Positions 50,860 to 59,163 of a stretch of 64,000 bases of DNA are shown one piece after another. The notes below the pieces were generated by a model that was given only the letters and a program-made list of their open reading frames with translations, had not been told where the DNA came from and ran no database searches. Both the position numbers and the translations under genes were made by a program. How positions within the stretch are numbered: the stretch's first letter is position 1; every line of letters starts with the position of its first letter. This DNA is from an uncultured Sulfurovum sp. (GTDB lineage: Bacteria; Campylobacterota; Campylobacteria; Campylobacterales; Sulfurovaceae): positions 45,029 to 109,028 of the forward strand of contig CACVAS010000058.1 of NCBI GenBank assembly GCA_902727855.1. The letters run 5' to 3'.

Positions 50860-51672
50860 CTAATTTCTAATTAATGTTTGATACCACTCTTTAACAGACT
50901 TGTCACTCAATTGCGCTAAAAGCTTTGCCTTGGGTTTTGGAGGTAAGTCTAATTGTAAAACTTGTGAGAAGGAAAGTGTTTTTTCTGCCACATCTTTTGC
51001 TTTTATGACAACAACCCACTCTCCTCGTATAGTCAAAGTTTTAAGTATTTCTTTGAGTGTATGTACCGTTCCTCTGTAGTATGTCTGATATTTTTTGCTA
51101 AGCTCTTTTGCTAAAAAAATTTCTCTATCTTCATCAACTAACGCTATCTCGTTTAAAAGCTTTTCTAATCTATGTGGAGATTCATAAAGTACCGTGTTGT
51201 AACCATTATTCATGGCTTCATTTAAACGCTCTGTTCTCTCTTTACCTTTATGTGGTAAAAAAGCATAAAAAAGAAACTTACCTTCCTCAAAACCAGATGC
51301 TGCATAGGCCGTTGTCACTGCTGATGCACCAGGTAGCACATCATATTTTATGTTATTTGTTTGTGCGTATTCAACTAAAAGTTGACCTGGATCAGATATG
51401 ACTGGCATGCCAGCATCACTCACATACACAACTTCTCTCTCTTTTAGTATACTCCCAAACTCATCTAGACGCTCTTGTCCATTATGTTCATTAAAGGAGT
51501 AAAAATCTGCTTTTGGGTACGTCATAGAAAAACGCTCTTCTAGTAATTTTAAAAGCCTTTTTGTTTGACGTGTATCTTCACACAAAAAAAGTGTCGCTTC
51601 TTCAAAAGTCTTTATAGCACGTATAGTGATATCTTGGGGGTTTCCAATAGGGGTGGGTACAAAGGTAAGCAT
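50860..51672 (-). CDS. rsmI: 16S rRNA Cm1402 methyltransferase
   Basis: PTPIGN, CEDTR, SDAGMPVISDPG, YESPHR. Confidence 0.95.
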   Translation of the reverse strand: MLTFVPTPIGNPQDITIRAIKTFEEATLFLCEDTRQTKRLLKLLEERFSMTYPKADFYSFNEHNGQERLDEFGSILKEREVVYVSDAGMPVISDPGQLLVEYAQTNNIKYDVLPGASAVTTAYAASGFEEGKFLFYAFLPHKGKERTERLNEAMNNGYNTVLYESPHRLEKLLNEIALVDEDREIFLAKELSKKYQTYYRGTVHTLKEILKTLTIRGEWVVVIKAKDVAEKTLSFSQVLQLDLPPKPKAKLLAQLSDKSVKEWYQTLIRN

Positions 51673-51722
51673 AAAATATTATATAGCTAGACAAAGGAAT
51701 ACCTTTGTCTAAAAAAGAAAAA

Positions 51723-51920
51723 TTACAGGTTGTATTTTTTCTTAAATTTGTCGATTCTACCAGCAGTATCAACATTTCTTTCTGAACCTGTAAAGAATGG
51801 GTGACATTCATTACAAATATCTACAGACATTGCATCTTTGTTTGTTCTTACTTCAAACTCGTTACCACATGCACATGTGACTTTACACGCAACGTAGTCT
51901 GGGTGAATTTCTTTTCTCAT
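51723..51920 (-). CDS. rpmE: 50S ribosomal protein L31 (zinc-binding type)
   Basis: [25 protein letters not shown]. Confidence 0.97.
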   Translation of the reverse strand: MRKEIHPDYVACKVTCACGNEFEVRTNKDAMSVDICNECHPFFTGSERNVDTAGRIDKFKKKYNL

Positions 51921-52111
51921 TTTTGAACCTTCTAGTTTATTTATATGTCAGGCAACTAACCTGCTCTAGCCTATGACTCTTCCTTTTTTAATCAAAGGGA
52001 TATTGCAACGCTCTTAGGCGAGACAATAAATGAGTGAAATTATATCAAAAATTATTTAAAAAATTATAAACTACCTCTCTATCTTCTTAAGAAAATCACT
52101 TTACCTTTCAC

Positions 52112-52143
52112 TTAACACAAAATTAACACAACTCCTCTAAAAT
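52112..52143 (+). promoter_or_regulatory. tandem direct repeat plus -10 box
   Basis: TTAACACAA at 52112 and 52123 (11-bp period); TAAAAT at 52138. Confidence 0.45.
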
Positions 52144-52171
52144 ATAAAGTTACACTAACAAAAGGAAAAAC

Positions 52172-52588
52172 ATGAAAAAAATAATACTGGCAATCACTAT
52201 TGTCTTAATGTCACTCTCTGCAACACATGCACAAGGTAATAAATTTGCCCTAAAACATGCAAACCCTATGCCCAATCTTATGCGTATTGCAATTAAAAAT
52301 GCCGATATCCTAGGTATTGATGCTAAACAAATGGTTGCTTTAAAAGCATGGTCTGACACGAATAAGCCTCAAATGAAAAAAATGGTTCAAAAAGTCATGA
52401 GTGAAGAAAAAATGCTTCTAGAAAATGCGCTTGCCACTGACAATGATTCTGTAAAAGAAGCAGAAACAATGTTAGAAACACGTAAACAAATTATTGCGAT
52501 GAAGACAAAATGTAGAACCAACATGAAGTCTATACTCACTAAAGAGCAATATGACAAAGTGGTGAACATCTATAGAAGTGTTCGCTAA
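52172..52588 (+). CDS. Spy/CpxP-like periplasmic helical protein
   Basis: Signal peptide; LGIDAKQ and ILTKEQ (LTxxQ-like) motifs. Confidence 0.65.
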   Translation: MKKIILAITIVLMSLSATHAQGNKFALKHANPMPNLMRIAIKNADILGIDAKQMVALKAWSDTNKPQMKKMVQKVMSEEKMLLENALATDNDSVKEAETMLETRKQIIAMKTKCRTNMKSILTKEQYDKVVNIYRSVR

Positions 52589-52590
52589 TA

Positions 52591-52620
52591 TTTAATAGTG
52601 TGTAATTACACACTATTAAA
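52591..52620. terminator. perfect 30-bp palindrome between convergent genes
   Basis: TTTAATAGTGTGTAATTACACACTATTAAA. Confidence 0.65.
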
Positions 52621-53289
52621 CTACAAAAGCACCTTAGAGGCCACAGCACAAACAGCTGACTCTGACTTCAACACCAACGGGGTATTAAACCCTAAAATAT
52701 TCTTAATTTCAAAGAGTGCTACCTCATCTGCTGTAAACCCACCTTCACATCCTACGACTATGGTATCTGCTAGTGTACTTTCAGTAAGATAGTTTTTTGA
52801 AAAGTTCAGCATTTTACTTTTAGGATTTTCTTCTAAAAACTGTTCTAGTCCATCAGCCATTGCAAGCTTCATCATTTCTGAACGTCCAGATTGTTGTGAA
52901 GAGTTTAAAAGTATTTTTTTAAGCCTAGTAAAGTCTAGTTTAAAAGATTTTTGTGAACGTTTACAGTAAAAAAATGTGATTTTATCTACACCCATTTCAT
53001 TGAGTGTGGGAAGCACTTTCTCTATACTTTTTGGGTCTATCACACACCAACCTATATGTAAAAATTTGCCTGCTTTGACCTCATGAGTAATACTCTCTAA
53101 TAACTCTAAATGTACAGACCTTTTATCTAACATTGTGATACGATATTTATGCAGTAAACCATCTTTTAAATTACGTAGGTTTATCGTATCCTCTACTTTA
53201 TGTCTACGTACTTTAAAGATATAACGATGGTCATCACCCTCTAAATGTAATTGGGTCTGTCCTGCATTACTATGATAAAGATATAACAT
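52621..53289 (-). CDS. rsmE: 16S rRNA m3U1498 methyltransferase
   Basis: HRYIFKVRR, NEMGV, SQQSGR, VGCEGGF, LKSESA. Confidence 0.92.
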   Translation of the reverse strand: MLYLYHSNAGQTQLHLEGDDHRYIFKVRRHKVEDTINLRNLKDGLLHKYRITMLDKRSVHLELLESITHEVKAGKFLHIGWCVIDPKSIEKVLPTLNEMGVDKITFFYCKRSQKSFKLDFTRLKKILLNSSQQSGRSEMMKLAMADGLEQFLEENPKSKMLNFSKNYLTESTLADTIVVGCEGGFTADEVALFEIKNILGFNTPLVLKSESAVCAVASKVLL

Positions 53290-53300
53290 GGTTTATGTCG

Positions 53301-53717
53301 CTACTGACCATTTGCCTTCATTATCATTATAACCATCATGACGACAACCAATAGTACCTGAACGATAGAGATTTTAAAGAATGCACTTTTGATGACTTTA
53401 AATGTCCCTTCATTTTCAAGGTTTGCCAACTTTACGAACTTATGCTTTTTTATCTCTATAAACATCATAATAGCCCATATTATCATCATCAATATCGTAG
53501 TCAGTGGCCAACCTAAGTCACCGGTAAATACAGCTACGATACCTGCAAAAGCTACCATTGTTGCTAAGGCTTGAAATATCATTGTATAAACAAAACTAGC
53601 TTTTTTAAACCCTGCTGGGCTCTTTACTATAAATGGTATCACAATCCCTAGGACTAAAAAACCTAAGAAAATGTCTACCAAAATACTATGCCCACTTAAC
53701 ATTTGTGTTACTTCCAT
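53301..53717 (-). CDS. hypothetical four-TM membrane protein
   Basis: Hydrophobic ORF with AAGGA upstream. Confidence 0.7.
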   Translation of the reverse strand: MEVTQMLSGHSILVDIFLGFLVLGIVIPFIVKSPAGFKKASFVYTMIFQALATMVAFAGIVAVFTGDLGWPLTTILMMIIWAIMMFIEIKKHKFVKLANLENEGTFKVIKSAFFKISIVQVLLVVVMMVIMIMKANGQ

Positions 53718-53805
53718 CTATGATTCCTTTATTATGCTGATATCTTTAAAAGTGGATTATACCCTAATTTGATATAATCATCTTAATTCAAATGAAGGCT
53801 CACAA

Positions 53806-55023
53806 ATGGCTAGTTCTATTCTCGAAGCACTCGACATTATTGCAAATAACATCACAGTAATCGATACTGAAATTATACCTATAGAGATGTCTGTAGGGCG
53901 TGTAGTCACAGAAGACTACATCGCTATCTATGATTTACCTAGGTTTAACAACTCAGCCATGGATGGCTATGCTGTAAAAGTAGACGATGCTGGAAAAGAG
54001 GTCACCTCTTCTCAAGTGATCTATGCTGGAGACAACCCTACTATGACTTTAGAAAAAAAAGAAGCGATTAAAATCATGACTGGTGCACCTATTCCTAAAG
54101 GTTGTGAAGCTATCGTTCCCATAGAAGATATGACATTAAAAGATGATCTCATTACCCTCCCCTTACACATAAAACAAAATGGCTTTATACGTATGGCTGG
54201 GGAAGACATTCAAAAGGGTACAATCTTTTTAAAAAAAGGTGAGACTATCAATGCATATACCGTTGCTTCCCTTGCTAGCCAAGGGATGACTCATGTCAGT
54301 GTACATAGACTCATAAAAGTTGCTATATTTGGTACAGGGGATGAACTTCGCCCTCACTTTGAAAAAATAGCAGACCATCAACTCTATAACTCTAACTCTC
54401 CTATGTTTTTAACACGTTCAAAAGAGTTAGGGTGTGATGTAAGGTTTATACGCACTGCAGCAGATACTCTTGAAGCACTTGAACGTTCTATTCAATCTAC
54501 TCTTGATGCAGATATTATCATCACTTCAGGAGGTGTAAGTGTTGGAGATAAAGACTTTACAAAAGTTGCTTTTACCAATCTTGGTATGAATGTTCTCATA
54601 GACAAAATAGACATCAAACCTGGACGTCCAACCGTCATAGGAAAGATAGATAAAACAGTCGTAGTCAACCTACCTGGTAACCCTCTAGCTTCAATGGTAA
54701 ATTATGAACTCTTTGTCCGTGCTATTATACGTAAACTCTCAGGTAAAACTGACATCTATCATAACACTTTACACACCGTCATGAAAAATGATTATGTTTT
54801 AAGAGGTGGTAAAAATGCTGTTGTTTTAGGTACATTTGATGGTAAATGTTTTAAAGCATTAAGCCCTCAAATGCCAGGAATGGTCTCTCCAATGCAAAAA
54901 GCTGATGGACTTGTCTTAGTGATGCCAAATGTTACAAAATTGGAAAAGAACAGTACCGTATCTATGATACCTATTAAATGGGAGTTGTGTTCAAATAAAC
55001 AAGAAGAGTTATTTACAAAATAG
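53806..55023 (+). CDS. moeA: molybdopterin molybdotransferase
   Basis: NSAMDGYA, IMTGAP, TGDEL, SGGVSVGDKD, KPGRP, LPGNP. Confidence 0.96.
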   Translation: MASSILEALDIIANNITVIDTEIIPIEMSVGRVVTEDYIAIYDLPRFNNSAMDGYAVKVDDAGKEVTSSQVIYAGDNPTMTLEKKEAIKIMTGAPIPKGCEAIVPIEDMTLKDDLITLPLHIKQNGFIRMAGEDIQKGTIFLKKGETINAYTVASLASQGMTHVSVHRLIKVAIFGTGDELRPHFEKIADHQLYNSNSPMFLTRSKELGCDVRFIRTAADTLEALERSIQSTLDADIIITSGGVSVGDKDFTKVAFTNLGMNVLIDKIDIKPGRPTVIGKIDKTVVVNLPGNPLASMVNYELFVRAIIRKLSGKTDIYHNTLHTVMKNDYVLRGGKNAVVLGTFDGKCFKALSPQMPGMVSPMQKADGLVLVMPNVTKLEKNSTVSMIPIKWELCSNKQEELFTK

Positions 55024-55098
55024 TACGCTTCAAAAAAATGTAGGTTAGAAGGAAGCTCTCTACTATAATAATAGAAAGAGAATTTAAGGTGGAAAAGC

Positions 55099-55123
55099 GT
55101 GTAGAGAGTTACTCCCTCTACAC
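55099..55123. terminator. hairpin between convergent genes
   Basis: GTGTAGAG...CTCTACAC stem. Confidence 0.55.
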
Positions 55124-55130
55124 AGTGTTC

Positions 55131-55730
55131 TTACATTGCAGACATATACTCTGAAACTGCTGTAATTGTTGCGTCATCCATAGATGCAACTTGACCTTTC
55201 ATTAACATACCCATACCAGAAATATTTCTAGTCCCTGCTTTGTAACCTTTAAGTGCTTCCACTAAAGTTGCCACAGGCTGACCTGCTACTTCTGGAGATT
55301 TTCCAAGTGCTTTAGTCTTACCATCTGCACCATGACATCCTGCACATTTAGCATAAGCTGCTTTACCTGCTGCATTTTCTGGAGTTACTGCTTCTTTTAC
55401 AGCTTCTGTTGTTGCTGCGGCTCTCTCTTTAAGTGCTGTAGCTGCATCTGCTGCTTTTTTCTCAGTTGCTTCTTTAACTTCTACTGCTTTATCTGATGCT
55501 GCTTCTGCAACTTCAGCTGCTTTGTCCGATGCCGCCTCTGCTGCTTCTTTTGTGGCATCCACAGCTTTAGTTGCTGTCTCTTTGACTGTATCACTGACTG
55601 AAGTTGCTGTCTCTTTTACTGAGTCACTTACAGAAGTTGCTGCATCTGTAACTGTTTTTTTTGCGTCTTCACCACAAGCAGTAAATAGTACTGTCGCAGT
55701 TACCAATGATAATAGTGTTATTTTGTTCAT
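55131..55730 (-). CDS. lipoprotein-anchored c553-like cytochrome c with repetitive tether
   Basis: Lipobox FTAC, Ala/Lys/Glu repeats, CAGCHG heme motif, distal Met. Confidence 0.88.
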   Translation of the reverse strand: MNKITLLSLVTATVLFTACGEDAKKTVTDAATSVSDSVKETATSVSDTVKETATKAVDATKEAAEAASDKAAEVAEAASDKAVEVKEATEKKAADAATALKERAAATTEAVKEAVTPENAAGKAAYAKCAGCHGADGKTKALGKSPEVAGQPVATLVEALKGYKAGTRNISGMGMLMKGQVASMDDATITAVSEYMSAM

Positions 55731-55825
55731 AGAATATCCTTTGTGTTTACATAAACATATTTGTTTAATTAGTTAAAATTATACCAAGTCTTCATATGAA
55801 ACTTTCTTAGCCAGCATAAAACTTA

Positions 55826-56407
55826 CTAAACTTTGAGCGGATTATCTATTTCACTAAAAGATAAAAGTTTTTCCCAAAGTTTTGTATCACTCCATTCACT
55901 CTGAACTTGTTTCGAAAATACAATCCCTTCAAGTGCAATCTCTCCCATAAGTTTAGAGTGTGCATCTTCTTTAAATCCTTGTGCATATCCTGTCTCTGTT
56001 TCATGGACTATAATACTATGAAGCTTGACTTCTTTTTCACCATTTTGCATGTTGGTACATGCCAATACACGTTCAACCATAAGAAAAATGACTCTAGAAA
56101 ACTGTTCCGCACTAGGTGATACTGGGAGTTCAATCCAACGATTAGAATAATTTTTCATTGATGCTATATAGTGACTGTCATCTTGTGACCAAAGTGTAAT
56201 CGCATGATCAAAAGAGTCAATTAACTCTTTAATATACAATTTTGTCAGACCAAAATCATACACCATTTGTCCATTGTCTAAATAGTTGGACTCCAACAAA
56301 ACCTCAATTTTATATGAGTGCCCATGTATATTTTCACTACAACGTTGTGTAGTACAGTCACGCACAATATGTGCATTTTCAAATTTAAAAAGTTTACGTA
56401 TTAGCAT
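55826..56407 (-). CDS. queD: 6-carboxytetrahydropterin synthase
   Basis: FKFENAH, C...IHGHSY, DFG, FDH, PSAE, VHET; next to queE. Confidence 0.9.
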   Translation of the reverse strand: MLIRKLFKFENAHIVRDCTTQRCSENIHGHSYKIEVLLESNYLDNGQMVYDFGLTKLYIKELIDSFDHAITLWSQDDSHYIASMKNYSNRWIELPVSPSAEQFSRVIFLMVERVLACTNMQNGEKEVKLHSIIVHETETGYAQGFKEDAHSKLMGEIALEGIVFSKQVQSEWSDTKLWEKLLSFSEIDNPLKV

Positions 56408-57166
56408 TTATACCCCTTGTGTTGTATCAAACACACGTATGTGCAGTCTATCACTATAACAAAAATTATGCTTCATACAAAATTCAAAAACAGCTTTGTC
56501 ATTTTTCCATATGCTATCTCTACTTTCCCCCACAGGCATACAATAGACATCCATCTTAGGTAATATCTCTCTTATTGCCTCTATTTCCTCTATAGCCGTT
56601 GTGTTCACAAGTACTTCATCTATGGTAAACTTTAAAAATGCTTCTTTGGCATAACGTTCTATACTCTTGAGTGCTTGTTTATTGATACGTTTTTGTTCAG
56701 GTTCACCCGAGTTTTCTAACTTTAATGAAAGTGCATAGGTACATGCCTTATAGGCAGGGTACTTCTCAAAATCTATATCAACCGTGCCATTGGTCTCAAA
56801 AGTAATATTTACCCCATGTTCTACCATGCACTTCACAACAGCATAAAAGACTTCATCTTTCGCATACATAAGAGGCTCACCACCAGTAATCACCATATCA
56901 GGCACATACCCTATCTTATCAAACTCATTTTTAAGGTGTGTGGTTAAGTCATCTGAAGAAGTTACCTTTTCCCAAGAAGAAGAAAAATGCCCATCCACTG
57001 CAAAATAGGTATCGCACCCTAAACGTACTTCACCGTCTACTTCATACTGTGCACCAAAACCTGGACAGTTTAGGTTACAACCACCTGTTCGTAAAAAGTA
57101 AGAAGGTACACCCGCATACTTTCCCTCACCTTGGATAGAAAAAAATTGTTCTGTTAAATAAAACAA
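56408..57166 (-). CDS. queE: 7-carboxy-7-deazaguanine synthase
   Basis: FSIQGEG, GCNLNC...CDT, ITGGEP, ETNG, RLH. Confidence 0.93.
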   Translation of the reverse strand: MFYLTEQFFSIQGEGKYAGVPSYFLRTGGCNLNCPGFGAQYEVDGEVRLGCDTYFAVDGHFSSSWEKVTSSDDLTTHLKNEFDKIGYVPDMVITGGEPLMYAKDEVFYAVVKCMVEHGVNITFETNGTVDIDFEKYPAYKACTYALSLKLENSGEPEQKRINKQALKSIERYAKEAFLKFTIDEVLVNTTAIEEIEAIREILPKMDVYCMPVGESRDSIWKNDKAVFEFCMKHNFCYSDRLHIRVFDTTQGV

Positions 57167-57171
57167 GGCAA

Positions 57172-58149
57172 TTACCCACCTGTCTCGTAAAATGCCCGTT
57201 TAGAAATTTCTCTATCTTCAATCTCTTCTTCACTCCAACGGTTTTCTTTTGGTTTATCTTTCAGTACCCGTGCTAACACATCTGCTGCACCTTCAATGTC
57301 ACCTTTTTTAACAGACTCAGCGATGCTTAATGCCTCATCAAAATAGAGACAAGGGATAAGATTACCCTCAGCAGTTAAACGTATACGGTTACAACTCTCA
57401 CAAAAATCGTGTTTATGTGGATCGATAAGACCAAACTCATAGTTCATCTCTTCTATAAGATAATTAAATGATGGACTTGCACCTTCTCGACCTAATGCTT
57501 TAATCGTATATTTCTCTTTGACTTTGTCAAGTATCTCTCTACCATGCATGCCTTTAAGTGCTTGGTCTGCATGGGCATTTTCCATATACTCTATAAAGCG
57601 TACTTTCATATTACGTTCACGACAGTATTCCATGATGTCGAGTATTTCATCATCATTAATACCTTTAAGAGGTACCATGTTTATTTTTACTTTTAACCCT
57701 ACTTCTAACGCTTTGTCTATACCTTTAAAGACTTGTTTAAGTACATCTTTTCCTGCTATCTTTGCAGCAACATCTGGTTTTAGTGAATCAAGCGAAATAT
57801 TAAGACGTTTGAGTCCTGCATCTTTAAGACGTTGCGCAGCATCGGGAAGTAAAAAAGCATTGGTAGTTAAAGCTAAATCTAACCCCTCTTTGTAGTTGTT
57901 AATCATCGCTATGAAGCTATCAAGGTCTTCTCGGAGTAATGGTTCTCCACCTGTGAGGCGTATTTTTGTTACACCTCCGTCTATAGCTACTTTAACAAAT
58001 AAAAATAGTTCTTCAAATGTGAGAAGATTTTCTTTGGGTACCCAAGAGAAAGGTTTTTCTGGCATACAATATTGACATCTAAAGTTACATCTCTCTGTCA
58101 CTGAGATACGTAAATAGTCTACTGTTCGACCGTGTCCATCTATAAGCAT
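57172..58149 (-). CDS. moaA: GTP 3',8-cyclase
   Basis: [41 protein letters not shown], terminal GG. Confidence 0.97.
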   Translation of the reverse strand: MLIDGHGRTVDYLRISVTERCNFRCQYCMPEKPFSWVPKENLLTFEELFLFVKVAIDGGVTKIRLTGGEPLLREDLDSFIAMINNYKEGLDLALTTNAFLLPDAAQRLKDAGLKRLNISLDSLKPDVAAKIAGKDVLKQVFKGIDKALEVGLKVKINMVPLKGINDDEILDIMEYCRERNMKVRFIEYMENAHADQALKGMHGREILDKVKEKYTIKALGREGASPSFNYLIEEMNYEFGLIDPHKHDFCESCNRIRLTAEGNLIPCLYFDEALSIAESVKKGDIEGAADVLARVLKDKPKENRWSEEEIEDREISKRAFYETGG

Positions 58150-58238
58150 TTTTAATCCTAAAATTTATTTCTGATAATTTTTCCTTAGATTACCTAAATA
58201 TTATTAAAAAAGGTATTGTACATATTAAGCTAATCACA

Positions 58239-58277
58239 TTGACAAAATACATGCTTAATTGTATACTATATACAATT
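58239..58277 (+). promoter_or_regulatory. sigma70 promoter with overlapping palindromic operator
   Basis: TTGACA-17-TATACT; AATTGTATA-CTA-TATACAATT covers the -10. Confidence 0.72.
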
Positions 58278-58294
58278 TATACAAAAGGTACATT

Positions 58295-58567
58295 ATGACT
58301 ATTACAGCAACACAACTTAAACAACAGACATACTTACTAGACAGTGCTATAAAAGAAGATATACAAGTGACCAAAAGAGATAGGCCTTTTGTTGTCATAG
58401 TAGATGCTAAAAGATATGAAGAGTTACTTGCCAACCAATTAAAAGAAAAAAAAGACACAAAAGCTCTTTTAAAAGAATTTAACAAGTTGAGTAAAAATGT
58501 TTCAACAATTGATACCGATATTGACATCATTAAAATGGAAGATGAGATGTATAGTGATATTTTTTGA
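58295..58567 (+). CDS. Phd/YefM-like antitoxin
   Basis: MTITATQLK, VTKRDRPFVVIV...YE. Confidence 0.82.
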   Translation: MTITATQLKQQTYLLDSAIKEDIQVTKRDRPFVVIVDAKRYEELLANQLKEKKDTKALLKEFNKLSKNVSTIDTDIDIIKMEDEMYSDIF

Positions 58568-58955
58568 TACAAATGTCTTGGTATACGCAGTGATAAACCA
58601 AGACGAAGAAAAGATGAAACTTTCTCAAACATTGATAGCCAACGCCATAGAAAATGATACATTTTTTATTTCTACATTAGTATTGAGTGAATATATATTT
58701 ATACTATCAAAATTGAAAATTATTGATGAACAGCATAGGCAACTCATGTTCTTTTCATCCTTTGCTGTAGACAATCACAGCACCCCATGTCTATTAGAAG
58801 GATATGCACTTTGTAGAAAATTAGATTTTTGTAAGAACATCAATGACGCAATTCATCTAAAGGTAGCAGAAAAATACTGTACAAAGCTAGTGACTTTTGA
58901 TAGTGACTACAAAAAAATGCAACCATATACAACCATTGAAGTAGAGATATTATAA
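58554..58955 (+). CDS. PIN-domain toxin (VapC-like); start uncertain
   Basis: IFFDTNVLVY, VLSE, NDAIH, TFD. Confidence 0.88.
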   Translation: MIFFDTNVLVYAVINQDEEKMKLSQTLIANAIENDTFFISTLVLSEYIFILSKLKIIDEQHRQLMFFSSFAVDNHSTPCLLEGYALCRKLDFCKNINDAIHLKVAEKYCTKLVTFDSDYKKMQPYTTIEVEIL

Positions 58956-58974
58956 ACAATATGGTGAGAATAAA

Positions 58975-59163
58975 ATGTCTACATTAAAAGTATTAAAAGA
59001 GTATTTGATGGGTGATGATGGCTACTTGTTAAATGATGATAACAATGGTAAAACGGTGATGCTTTCGGGTGCTTGGGGTTCAGGAAAGACGCATTTTTGG
59101 CAGAATGAGATAGAAGATGATTTAACTCAAGAATTAAATAAAAAAGATGAGGGGATACAGTGA
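58975..59163 (+). pseudogene. N-terminal remnant of a KAP-family P-loop NTPase
   Basis: VMLSGAWGSGKTHFW Walker A, but only 62 aa and no Walker B. Confidence 0.7.

Noticed and set aside
51688-51711. Intrinsic terminator after rpmE
   Set aside because: A good 10-bp stem, but no U-tract follows on either strand; function unclear.
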